Source: Carcharhinus amblyrhynchos (Eukaryota). From it: a DNA stretch of 64,000 nt. Of this stretch, positions 25,549 to 38,685 are shown piece by piece. The notes under the pieces are model-generated. The model was not told the DNA's origin. It did not search any database and saw only the letters and a program-made list of their open reading frames with translations. The translations under genes and the position numbers were made by a program. Location: positions 19,220,001 to 19,284,000 of the forward strand of contig OZ336880.1 in assembly GCA_965287045.1 (NCBI GenBank). The letters run 5' to 3'. Within the stretch, counting starts at the first letter, position 1. The number at the start of each line of letters is the position of its first letter.

Positions 25549-28500
25549 GAGGGTGTGGAAAAATAAAAAAGCATACTTGTATGATCTACCTGTTCTTTGT
25601 GATCACCATTCTTATTTCTTTTACCATTTTCTTTTCCCACAAAAAGCAATTGGAAAGAAGTTTCTTTCAGTGGAAGTTACTTCTTATGGTTTTTAAATGG
25701 CGGTTAATTTTTTCAAATTTACCTAGACGAATGTTACTTATTGTGCTAGATGGGGATCAGAACTGATAGATTGTGAAGCTAATTGAAGAGCACCTCATAC
25801 CTATTGTATGGGAAAATCATTTCAGGTAGATGACAAAAGGAGAAGGGAAGGCTGAGAGCTATCAAGTTTTTAAACAAAGCTGCAAAAGTACTAGGCAAAC
25901 TCTGAAATGCTGAAAAAAAGCTAACAAACACCTCATTGTGAGGCAGTTCAACCCAATGTAGTGAAGCATAGTGTGCTTATTTTGCATCTGATGAAACTAA
26001 ACTATGCCAATAGAAAACATTTGAATCTGTTTAGAACTTGGCCTCATATGTTCACAAAAGAACTGCAGTGATTGTATCCAACTTCACCTCACTCACCAAG
26101 TTAACTTGGTCAGTCTTAGAAACATTGTCGAATTAAAATGTGTGAAAGACAACTGTTGGTCAAATGTTGTAAGTATGTGCAGGGTGAGTCAACTGCTATA
26201 GGATTAACCTTGGATTATTTAAGGCAGTGACTGACTCCTTTGAACCCGAAACGAATCTATAGCAGTCTAAAGTTTGTAACAGTTGACCTTATCCAAGCAT
26301 TTGCAAGTCCATTCTTATGGCATTTTGCACAGTTGAAAAGTTTAGTTACAAAGGCCAATCCCTGTTGAGTGTCTTCAATGCGAGACCTATTTTGAACCTT
26401 GTTAGTTGGTAAAATAAGCCAATAAATAAAATAGATCCATAAATTTAAAGGGTTTAAAATCTGTGCCACACTTGCTGACCAAAAATCTTCATGTTGATGC
26501 TTGCACTGGTGTTGAATACTGCAAGACAACATTCTTTTACTTTGGAGTTGAAATGATGCAGTTTCTTATAATGTGGTTCACATTCCTGGTTCTCGCATCC
26601 ACCTGATTGAGGGTACAAACCAAACCTTGTGTTGTCCTATGCAATCCATCCAGTTGGTTTTAAGTTCTAGCTCTATTTTAGAGAACTTTGTGTGATAGAG
26701 TAGTACAATTTGTATTTTTTTGACCCCTGTGCTCAATTGGAAGATGAAGGTGAATTAACAAAGTTAATAATATTGATTAGCACAATGTGTCCTACCCCCT
26801 GGGGGTTACAACTCTTGCCATTTGTTCATTTCCCATCCTAGGACCCTGGATTGAGTATAGTTCATTTTCACGCCTTTCTGGAACAATTAGTCATGGGGTA
26901 GTTATGACCATGTAGTGTACTGACAGGTCTCAAGGTGCCCTTGCTGGGGGCAGTATGCAAGTCTATATATATGAGAGGACCAATAGCAAGAGTTTAGTGT
27001 ATCTGAATCTGCCTATTTATTTTCCCACCTTTCTTTGTAGAAGAACCTTCCTAACCTTTAAGGTACAGTACAACTTATTTACTAGCTTACAATAAAATCA
27101 CCATTTAATTATTTTCCCCTGTCAATACAAAGAATAATGCCTGCTGTCCACTAAGCAGCCCCTAATATTAGTGTTCACACAAAAAGAATGGAGATTATGA
27201 AGGCTTGGAGTGTTTGTACAAATAGGCTGACTCCTATTGAAAACCATTTCTGAATTTACAGGAGTCTGATAAATGAATTGTTAAATCAACTTGGAAGCTG
27301 ATTTCAGTTTTTTAAGATTTACACAGATGCATGAATGAAAAACAAAAATGTAACGGTGAGCTGCTAGAAACGGCTTTTGTAGGAAGAAGTTGAACCAAAA
27401 AAGTGACATTTTGGCATATTGATGAAGCATGACCCTGAGCCAGTGACTGTACTAAAACCTAACAAGATTTCATTAGAAAGATAATGAAATGAATGGCCTC
27501 ATACTTTCTCATTCAGCATAGTTGTCAGGTTTCATTTCTTCTTGGAATTTTTGACGCAATTAGAGACGTGATAGGTGGCTGTTACGTTAGGTGTAATAAT
27601 TTCTCATGTTGCCCTGGATTATCCGTTGGGTAGCAGTGCTGGCTGACACTTGAATCTGATTTGGTCTCTGATAAAAATCTGAACCATTGCTCTGGCTAAT
27701 TTTTTTGGGAACTTGTGGAGAGAAAATTCAAGTTCTATTTCACTGGCATGTGCTAGAAATGGATCATGAAATTATGCAACTCCCAACTCTTGGTGTTTTG
27801 TCCATTTAAAATTAATGATTATGGGCTTTGGTGGTGTTCAAATACACAAAGAATTATTGTCTGTTTCCAAAAGGATTCTGTGTAAATTACGAAGGACATG
27901 ATCAAACTTGTAGAAGAATATTTCAGGGGAGTACACAATTTGCTACCTGACCCTTCATTGTACAAGCGTCACATTGCTTGATGAGCGTGGGAAAGCTGCT
28001 CTGTGTTCCACACTCTCTAAGGGCCACTGTGTGCAGAATTTTCAGTAGTTTTTCAGACTGGAGACAAATATGCAGTGATGTTCCCTGGGAATAGGTTTTA
28101 GTGCTCTTTGATAAGATAATGACCATGGGTTGGGTGTGTGTGACATTTTCAAAGTGCACAATTGACATGAAAACTGACTTCAGGAGGGCATGCACTCAGT
28201 GGTACCCTTGAATGGGAATTAGATAAATACTTGAAGGGAGAAAAAGGCACAGAGCAACATGGAAAGACCAGAGAATTGGGACTAACTGGAAAGATCTTTG
28301 AGAAAAGCTGGCACTGGTATGACTGGCTAAATGATGGCTTTATGTTTTATCATTTTATGATTCTTTAACTTGCGGTCTAATACATGGATTCTTTAGCTGT
28401 CTTCTACAAGAGAATGTTTATATTTCTGATAATGTCCACGCTATAAAAGGTGTCCTTTAGGATTCTGTAGTTCTCCAGCTGCCTGGGCACTGCTGGCTGA

Positions 28501-30284
28501 CTTGGTCCTTTAGACCCAAGATGAGCTACATAAAAAGCATTTTGTGTTTCTTGGATTGGGGTTGTGGTCAGGAGAATGTTGGCTCAAAACTGAATCCAGA
28601 GACTTAACCAAAACAAATCTAGACTGACCACCAATGTAGTACCGAAGAAGTGCTGCAGATTAGACATTCTCTTTTTTTTGGTGAGTACAAGGCCAATATT
28701 TATTCCTTAACCAACATCGCTAAAATCAGATTAACCTAAATTTTGTGTTGACCATAAAGATAAGACTAACGGTGCTCAATTATTATGGAGTAAATTATTA
28801 TGGAGTGCATGCACACTTAAATGCAGAAATCCAGATGTTGCTGTCATAGTTACCCCTGCTCTTCTACCAGCAACACTCTGCATTAAAATTAATGTAATGA
28901 TGTGAAATTGCTGTATCACCCACTTGTTACCAATCAAGCAAAAGTTGGAACTGGTGTGTCAGAGAAGCTGTGCTTATTATTGTCGTCATCTGAAAATTAA
29001 CTTTTATATAAGTATCGTCTCATTTGTTTAGATTTTAATCATTGGAGTTTTTTTAAAAAGGGAATTTAACCTTTTCTTTGTCTTAAATTTCTGAACAGTT
29101 TTCTTTCAGTTTTTGCTTTGCTTTCTGCACCTAATTCAAATTTAATTTGTACTTCCTGTTTTAGGCTCTGCTTGTCTTAGTGGGATTCTTCAATTTGGTA
29201 GGTTAAAGAGCCTTGCTGTTTGCACTAATCGGATGTCACAGCTCCCCCGTAGAGGTATCACCGTGGATTAGCAGCCCAGTAAAAGCAGGTCTTTGCTCAG
29301 AAGCCTGCAAAATAAAATCTGAAGGCAGCTATCATCATTGTGAAACATGAGTGCATTTCCTTCACCACTGTGTGAAAAATAGTTATTTCATTACTGTTGG
29401 AGGGATCTTGCTGTGTGCAAATTAGCAGCCACTTTTTTCCTATATTACAATAATGACTAAACCTCAAAAATACTTAATTGGCTGTAAGACCAGTTTGGGC
29501 TGATCTGGGTTTGCTACACAAATGCAAGTTTTTTTTTTGAGCAGGCTGCTGGGGTGACGCTGTCATGAATTGGATATATGGCAACACATGGCTGCAAAGA
29601 AGAATTTGTCGCACCATACTGATACTTATTAGTAATGGACAGTTCTAACATTAACTTTGGTGGTCTTCTCTGTGATTAATTTAAAATAAAGTCCTGGAGG
29701 TAGAGCAGCAAGTTTCTGAAACACAATGCTAATCCTTATTAGACGCTGACCTCTATCTAACCTTGTATCTGTACTGGAGTTATACAATGGATCCTCTTGA
29801 GACTCAGACTTCTATCAGCATTCAAATCCAGTTTCATGGTAAAGTTATTTCATCTATCAATGAATGTTTTACAGGACATGCATAAAATAACTTCAAAATT
29901 ACAAGTGCATTTGTAAAAATAAAACCCCAAGTCCCAAGAATTTGTATGCACAGTCTTTGCATTGTAAAATGCAACTTCCTTTACTTTCAGGACTTCTCCA
30001 CATGGGTACGGTTATGGTGCATTAACCCAGGTCTTGTGTTGTACGTTTCAGTGATCTTTGGGTTTCTGCTTTGCGTATTTGCAAAGTTACAACTGAAAAA
30101 ATTGGTCTGGAAATGAAGTAGCTGTGTGAGAACTTAGAGCCCATGTATGGGTTGGGAGGGTACCACTTTTACTTTCCTTCGACTTTCAGTGCATTTCAGG
30201 AATTTAATTGTATCATATATAATCTATAATTCTATATCACCAACTGCACCCCCTACACTCTTCCAAGAGGTAAAGTTGCCAGAG

Positions 30285-30468
30285 TCCCAGGTGACCATAG
30301 GCCATGACTAGTGGTGATTTAACCTGAGGATCACCACACCTCAAGAGAAGGGCAAGGTTGAGAAGGCAGGACCTTCACGAACAGCCTCAGCCGGTTTGGG
30401 AATTGAACCCACACTGTTGGCGTTGCTGTGCATCAGTAACCAGCCAACGGAGCTACACCGACCCCCAA
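30285..30468 (-). mobile_element. tRNA-derived SINE (non-V family)
   Basis: Box B (ggaattgaaccc) and box A-like (ccaac.gagcta) on the minus strand, followed by a distinct body. Confidence 0.6.
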
Positions 30469-30744
30469 TATCTTCTAATCCACAGTCATACCTTCTATAG
30501 TGGAGCTGTGACAACTGATGGTGCAACAAACAGCAAGGCTCTTTAACCTATCAAATTGAAGAACCCTATGAGACAAGACGAGCCTAAACCAAGAAGTACA
30601 AATTGAATTTGAATCAGGTGCAGAAAGCAAAACGAAAACTGAAAGAAAACTGTTCAGAGGTTGAAGACAAACAAAAAGTTAAATTCCCTTTTTGCAGACT
30701 TGTTTTCTCTGGTGCTGAGGAACGAAACTGAGTTGTCGTAGAAT

Positions 30745-31060
30745 ATAATCATAGAATCCTTACAGTGCAAGCGGCCATTTGGCTTATCGAGCCTGCATTG
30801 ACTCTCAGAAGAGCATTCCACCCAAGCCCATCACTTGCCCCATCCTCGCAACCCAGCACATCCATCATTAGTAGACTAACCTGCACACTAGGGGCAATTT
30901 ATGACAGCCAGTCCACCTAACCTGCACATCTTTGGACTGTGGAAGGAAACCAATGTAGACGTGGGGAGAATGTGCAAACTCCATGCAGTCACCCAAGGTC
31001 AGAATTGAACATGGGTCCTTGGTGCTAAGAGCAGTGCTAACTGTGCCATTATGCCACCCA
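30745..31060 (-). mobile_element. V-SINE (HE1-like) with CR1-type tail
   Basis: atcatagaatccttacagtgca tail, V-domain, tRNA head. Confidence 0.85.
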
Positions 31061-32849
31061 TAAGTGGTGCACAGTGCATAACACACACTCGGATCAAGGT
31101 AAATAGTATGGAATTAAGATCTTTCTGCACTATTCCACCAATATGCTTTAATTCCTGTCCTAGATGAGTACTTACTTTGGCCTAGATATCCGCGTCAAAT
31201 CATGTGATAGTTAAATTTTTTTCCTCACCCATTCAGCTTAACATTGTTTTGCTCTGGAAATAAAAGCCAGCAATGATGTGGATCAGACAATGGAGCATCT
31301 ATGGTGAACGAGAGGACCTCAGATGATATTCTTAATCAGGAAGATAAAATTTAGAAAGAAGCAGGAATGATGGAGGACATGGGATGAATTAAGAATAAAG
31401 TCTGGCGGAGGTAGAGAAATACTGAGGACAAGAAAGATAGAAATAACCAAGAAAGAGAGAGAAGAATGAAAATTAAAGCATTTTGAATTGTAAAAGATCT
31501 CAGTTCTTTTTCTGGGCCAGAACATCTCTATCAGATTAATACTTATGTTAAATATTAGCTCTAAGTCAGTGGTGAGTTTAATTGGCTATGAATGCATAAA
31601 TGCATTCTTAGACCTGGGAGCTTGAGACTGAGGTGCAGTCTGCATGATGCTAACTGCAGCATTGTAAAAATGGTCCAACAATTTCTGCAACGCACCAAAT
31701 ATCTCCTCCTCACCATTTTGCAGGGGTAATGGGCCAATAATGGTGTGCATTTACATAGTTGTTATTTGGCCATCCAAATGTGGGTCCATAATGTTTTCTT
31801 TTCCTTGTAAGTTATTCATTGGATGCTGCCGAAAAGGATACAGATTTATACTAAATTTTCAGCAAATTCTGTTATGAGAAAGGAGACTGTGCTCTCGCCC
31901 ACTACCTTAATCGGAACCATTTCATTTTATAAATTAACGTTTTTATTTTGCTGGTTAGGTATCTCCACAATAAGAAATTTTTAATTGTATAGACAAAACA
32001 GTTGTTATCCTCTTTTTACAACTGTCTGATTTTGTGTTGTATTCCTTTAGGCCTGCCAAACAATGCAAAGGCACATGATAAAATAGTTTTAATGCAATTG
32101 CACTAGCAGACTATCAGACTTTAAGATTTGTATTCTCAGAATTGCTTGAAATGCATATTTTGTCTCTTCAACCAGTTATTCTGCATCATTTACATGTCCT
32201 GGATATTTTAAACTTTGATCTATACTTATAAGACTGGCTGTCTGAATAAATTGAGGCGTGATCACTGGGAACTTGAGTTTTTGATCAGTAGTATCTTGGT
32301 TTGCAGAGATTCTCTAACTTATTACAATGATCCAATAACTTATTACACAGTGATTCAGTGTTGTCTGTCATTTGCCCATATCTGTGCTTTGTAAAATTAA
32401 TACACTGAAGAAATTGTATAAAAATATTTTTGTTGAAATTGAAAAACTGCTTTAAATGAAAACAAAAATATAAATAAGCAATTTGTAAAATAAAGGGCAA
32501 AACACATGCTCAGCAGTGCAGTTTGCATTTAATTATTTTGTTTAAAGAATGCATAATGGGCGACCTATTCATGTTTAAAATGAGGACATAGCGAATGCAG
32601 TGAAGCATTTCCTGAATCTGACACAAAATTCAGAAATAAGCTGTGGACATATTTGGCTTGAAGGGAGACACTGGGTGGCTGGTTATGAGGTCACTGAGCA
32701 TTTTGCCCGTTCTTGCTCATTCCCTTCATCCCCTTCCCCCTTGCAGTTCTGTACATACGTCAGTAAATATCTTTGATGCACAAAGTTCCATGTTGCATTG
32801 TGTTCACTAGGGCATCCAGTGAAATGTACCTTGTTTTCTAAACTGGAAG

Positions 32850-33242
32850 ATTAATTGCGGTCCCAATAAGCTGCCGTAGCCTTTCGAAGAGTTCCTTTCG
32901 AGCTGTGGTGGTACTGGCGCAGTATGGTAGCCTGCAGCTGTCTGGTCGGAGAAGCGGTCTTTTTGATCGTGCCATTGGAATGATGAGCCGTTTTAACGTA
33001 AGGTAGTCAGAAGACTAAAGAGGAGGATTTGGGAAAAGATTGTCACGTGGCTGGGACTCTGGCTCATATGATTCTATTTTGTCCAATCAGGGCATTCTGA
33101 CCATTTTGGATAGGACAGACAAAGTCGCTATTTTGTCTCAACGTTATTTTTTTCCCTTCAATCGTTGAGCACTGTCAGACCATCTGTTCAGATCGACATC
33201 ACGCAAAAAAACGTGGGGCAAAAACAAAGCTGCTTTTTGGGG
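32850..33242 (+). promoter_or_regulatory. CpG-enriched unique segment: candidate alternative promoter / first exon
   Basis: About 17 CpGs in ~380 bp (counted by eye) against a strongly CpG-depleted background. E-box GTCACGTG at ~33042, CCAATCAG at ~33082, donor-like GG|GTAAGA at 33242/33243. Confidence 0.4.
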
Positions 33243-34939
33243 GTAAGATGATTTTGAAGGATTTTGCTTATGTCATTAACACGGATGAATAAAATGTCCC
33301 ATTTTTGTAATTGTGCAAATTGCCTGGATGGCCAGGTGCCATTCTCGTATTGAGCAGCATCGGTCAGCTTAATTTCTCAGTTGTTGATTGATTTAAGAGC
33401 TTAATGAAATTATGTCACTGAAGATCCTTGGATTTGTTAAGAATTTAATGCATTTGTTTTACTTTGTTTAGTTTTCCAGTTGAAGGTGCTAACTTCATAT
33501 GGTAATTTTACATAATAATTGGACATTATCGCTGAGGTTCAAATGCACACCAGTAATTTGTCCACTCCCTCTTTATAGAAACCATATGGTCAGGCAGAGC
33601 AATATGTGACACGATCTACTGAGTTTGTGTTTGTTAGTCAGGCTCATTAGTCCAGGAGGTCACTCGCTGGCTTTATTCAAAATGTGAAATATATTTTGGT
33701 ATTTTGTATATTGGTGAACTTTGAATAAGATTTATAGTAAACTCATTTGATTTAAATATTTTAATTTTAACAAGGACTTGTATTTTGGGAGTAGGTGAGT
33801 TTGGGAGACTTTGTTGAATAGTATTTGGCAGACAATTATCTATTATAAATCTGGTCCTGATTTCAGTTGACAGTGGTCAGAAATTGGACTTTGGACTAAA
33901 TGCTCAAAATGAATTTGAGGAAAGCAAGCAAATTGTAACCAATTCGGGCTGAAGCTGAGTTGTCTAACAAATTTTTCTTAGCTTATTATTTGATTTTGGA
34001 ATGCATGGAAGATTTGTTTCCACACTACAATAAATTGGAACAGATTTCAGATCACGGTCGATAGAATGTCGTTCTGCTAAATGTTTGCTTTATGGAATGA
34101 TCAGATGCCATGTTTGTTGTAATCTGATTGTGTGCTTATAGATTAACTGAAGCACTGGAAAGCTTTGGGTTGGATGTGTAATTAAATATTTACCCGTTTG
34201 TTGGATTGAATTGTATTACTTTTTTGCCGCTCAGCCATGCACTTTTTTTTGCTGAGGAAATCAAGGAAAAGAATAAACAAACATTAGGGAATGGCACAGA
34301 TACAGAAAAAAATAACATTTTAGGTTCTCACCTTAATATGTTTTCTACTTTCTCTTTAACAAAACACACACCTAACTTAGGGTTTTTTTAATGTATGCAT
34401 CAAATCAAATATTACCATCAGAAACTGAGAATTAATCTTCATCTCAATCTCAGTTAACTAATTCTTGATTTGTGTAATCTGTGCTGTTTTGTAAACTGAG
34501 TATTAACGTGTTGCCACCAAAGGTTTTAAGATGCCTGGGAAAATCATTGAATGTATTTCTCTTTTTAAATTTAATGGAAGGCACATGAGGGTGTTGGTGC
34601 CTGCATTTATGTGCATAAACATTCATTGTTATTAGCAGTTATTTTTGCGAACAGATTGCACATGTACTGAGTATGTAATGCTGAATATTCAGCCATAACT
34701 GCCAGTTGGAATTTTGTGCCCTTATTTCTAATTCCTTACTTCTATGAAACAACCCTGTAAGTAAAGTTCAATTGCCATTTCTCAAAAATGACCATCATAA
34801 TCTCCAATGCTCAACTTGGTTTCTCCTTCTATAGAACAAATCATCTTAGGCATTGTGGTCACAAGTCATAAGAAAAAGTAATTGGATTCACTCTATTAAT
34901 TTCTGCAATCGTACTTGGTACACAAGTTGTCGACTCAAT

Positions 34940-35270
34940 AGTCTTGTCTCTGAGATAGTAGGAAATTTGAAACTCACTCTCAAGGCTTGAGCACAAAATC
35001 TCAGCTGACAGCTTCAGTGAGGGCTGCACTCTGAGAAGATCCCACAACATAGAGCAAGGATTTCTTCAGGCCTTATGCAAAATATTTATTCCTCCATCAA
35101 CATCTTGAAACAGATTTATAAAACTGTTCTTTATGGGAACATGCTTTGTGCTAATAGACTGCTATGTTTCCTGCATTATAACAGATTTAAAAAGTATTTC
35201 ATTGGCTGTAAATCACTTTTGTCCTTGAGTTGTGGAAGGTGATAAATACAAAGGCAAGTTTGTTCTTTGC
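34940..35270 (+). mobile_element. Old Deu-domain-type SINE (SacSINE/AmnSINE-like)
   Basis: cttgagcacaaaatct.agctgac..aatatttattcctc.atcaacatc..cattggctgtaaa.cactt..gcaagtt blocks. Further fragments at ~16570-16690, ~28590-28740, ~29385-29540, ~21000-21110 and ~23370-23520. Confidence 0.55.
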
Positions 35271-36505
35271 ACAATTTGCAGGACCTGTAATCTGAGTAAT
35301 AACACAAAGTTAGAAATATAGTTTATATTTTTACTACAAAATGTAATCATTTCAAGTTATTGATGTGTTTGCATTTCCTAATAACATTACTGAAAGTGCA
35401 TTTTTTTTCTCTGCAATGGCTACGTTCATTCCTGTTAAATTGATCTAGTCTTAAGTATCTGTTCCAGCAGAGAAATGTTGGTTAGAAGTGTTAAAAGTTG
35501 TTTTAACACCTGCTATGGGTATGGTTTTTCAGCAGTAGGCAGGAATGTTTGTTGCTATGTACACTTACAATCTTAAATCCAGCAATATGTTGGTTAATTA
35601 CAAAAATTGTCATGATGTAAAACTGACATGCGGCATTAATGTCGTACTGCCATCCTGTAAAATGTAACGTTTGCCTCTTGAGTATAAGCACAAATGTAAA
35701 TTGGCACCACTCAGCAGAATTTGATAACTGCTGCCTTTGAACAAAATGGTGGTATACACATGGACAGTAAGCTGCACATAAAGTGTAATTTTCTGCTGCT
35801 TCCAGAAGAATTCCTCGCCCTCCACAAAATATGGTGGATCCCATCTGCGACTGAGACTTGCTGCTGATGTGATCACATTTATCCTAAGAATGTAAATTGT
35901 TTTTCTTGTTTTGTAGTTACCTTTTGAAATGACATTGTTTTATATTTTGTTCAATTAAAAATAGTCTTGCCATACACTCTCCTTCCTCTGATGCAATTGC
36001 TAACACTTCAGCCATCAATGGGGTTGTTAGCTCGCTGTATGAACATCGTAGCTGATCTTTTCTTCATCCAGTGTCCATATATGGCGCACTTGATGCTTAA
36101 TGGAATCAAAGCCATTTTTCTGTTCAGTTGTGACACTAAAATAACTTGTACCATCCCACCATTCTGTAATGTGCTCAGGTGGGAATCAAACATTAACTTT
36201 TGTTCTTGAGATACAGATGCTAATCTCATCAATAAACCCAGTTTGCCTCAATTAAGCACTAGATCCAAGACTTTAAAAACAATTGAGTGCATCTGGTATG
36301 CCAGTAATATCACAAAATTCCATTCTAATAAAACAGATATTTTGAGTGAATACAAACAGTCCCAGTTCTGGATATTCAGTGAGCAAAATCCTGTTGAGGT
36401 TTTCCTATGAAAGTTGCATGAACCGTTAACTGAATGGCAGTGCCCTATATAAATTTCTGTTATATCAGGCTCTTCACTAATTCAGTTATTTCAGAAATAG
36501 TGTCT

Positions 36506-38685
36506 TAGAACATAGAACATTACAGCGCAGAACAGGCCCTTCGGCCCACGATGTTGCGCCGACCAGTTAAAAAACAATGACCCTCTAACCTAAACCAAAC
36601 CCTTACCATCCATAAACCTATCCACGGATCTCTTAAACGCCCCCAAACTAGGCACATTTACAACTGCAGCAGGCAGGGCATTCCAATCCCTCACCACCCT
36701 CTGGGTAAAGAACCTACCCCTGACATCCGTCCTATAACTACCACCCCTTAATTTAAAGCTATGCCCCCTCGTGCTAGCTTTCTCCATCCGAGGAAAAAGG
36801 CTATCACTGTCCACCCTATCTAAACCTCTAATCATCTTATATGTTTCAATAAGGTCCCCTCGTAGCCGCCTTCTTTCTAATGAAAACAACCTCAAATCCC
36901 TCAGTCTCTCCTCATAGGACCTCCCCTCCATACCAGGCAACATCCTGGTAAACCTCCTCTGCACCCTCTCCAAAGCCTCCACATCCTTCCTATAATGTGG
37001 GGACCAGAACTGCACACAATACTCCAAGTGCGGCCGCACCAGAGTTGTGTACAGTTGCAACATGCGGCTCCTAAATTCAATCCCCCTACCAATAAACGCC
37101 AAGACACAGTATACCTTCCTAACAACCCTATCTACTTGATTCCCAACTTTCAGGGATCTATGTACACATACACCTAGATCCCTCTGTTCATCCACACTAT
37201 TCAGAGTCCTACCGTTAGCCCTATACTCTACACATCCGTTATTCCTGCCAAAGTGAATTACCTCTCACTTTTCCGCATTAAACTCCATCCTCCACCTCTC
37301 GGCCCAGCTCTGCAACTTGTCCAAGTCTCCCTGTAGACTAAGATACCCTTCCTCACTATCTACCACACCTCCGACTTTGGTGTCAAATAAAACAAACAAA
37401 GAACAACCCAGCACGGGAAACAGGCCCTTCGGCCCAACGAGCCCGCTGTGCCGCATCACCCTACACCTATTCTACCCTGCGTGTCTACGAATGGAACCCC
37501 TAACTTAGCCAGATTCAGGGGAGAATAGTGTCAATTTGGTAAAACCAATCAGCCTAAGAGCACATCTTTGGGGTGTGGGAGGAAACTGGAGCGCCCGGAG
37601 GAAACCCACGCAACCACAGGGAGAATGCACAAACTCCCACAGACACAGGCCCAGATCCATGTATCTGCACAGCTAGCAGTGCTAGTCACCGAGCTGTTGC
37701 AGCGCCCGTCTACCGGTCCAGGATCAAGCACACACACCGACACGAAGTACTAGGCCACTCCCGGATCCTCTAAGAGCAGCCCACGTACGACCCACCGTGT
37801 CATCAGCAAATTTACTAATCCTCCCAACTATACCCTCATCCAGATCATTCATAAAAATTACAAACAGCAGTGGCCCCAAAACAAATCCCTGAGGCACACC
37901 ACTCGTAACTGAACTCCATGTCGAATACTTACCATCAACCACCACCCTCTGTCTCCTATCCGCCAGCCAATTCCTAATCCAATTTCCTAGATCACCCTCA
38001 ATCCCATACATCTGCAATTTCTGCAGAAGCCTTCCATGGTGAACCTTATCAAACGCCTTACTAAAGTCCATATATACCACGTCAACTGCCTTACCCCCAT
38101 CCACCTCTTTGGTCACTTTCTCAAAAAACTCAATAAGGTTAGTAAGGCACGACCTACCCTCCACAAAACCATGCTGACTATCTCTAATCAATTCATTACT
38201 CTCCAAATATCTATAAATCCTATCCCTAATAATTTTTTCTAAAACTTTGCCCACAACAGAAGTAAGACTCACCGGTCTGTAATTCCCGGGGAAGTCTCTG
38301 TTCCCCTTCTTAAACAATGGGACAACATTCGCTCACCTCCAATCTTCTGGCATTATACCGGTGACCAACGACGACCTGAAGATCAGAGCCAGAGGCTCTG
38401 CAATCGCCTCCCTTGCCTCCCAGAGAATCCTAGGGTAAATCCCGTCCGGCCCAGGGGACTGATCTATTTTCAAACCCTCAAGAATATCTAGCACATCCTC
38501 CTTATCAACTGCAATACTGTCCAGTTTACAACCCTGTAACCCAGTGTTCTCCACAGCTACATTTATGTCCCCCTGCGTGAACACCGAAGAGAAATATTGG
38601 TTCAATGCCTCTCCAATCTCTTCCGGTTCCACACATAAATTCCCACTGCTGTCTCTAACTGGCCCTAGTCTTGCCCTAACCATTG
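36506..38685 (-). mobile_element. Young 5'-truncated CR1-type (HER1-like) LINE ORF2, interrupted by a SINE
   Basis: ORF pieces 38333-38683 (SPGPDGIYPRIL), 37724-38317 ([41 protein letters not shown]), 37265-37385 (KVGG) and 36590-37195 (RPHLEYCVQFWSP..FFTQRVV). Tail agaacatagaacat. Confidence 0.95.
37386..37796 (-). mobile_element. V-domain SINE with atypical GC-rich head
   Basis: 6-bp TSD gtgtca (37380-37385 / 37797-37802), V-domain at ~37555-37650, CR1-type tail gggccgaagggcctgtttcc and (ttgt)-rich end. Confidence 0.85.

Noticed and set aside
36506-38685. Possible active reverse transcriptase gene
   Set aside because: 5'-truncated with no endonuclease domain, broken into several frames and interrupted by a SINE in the catalytic motif.
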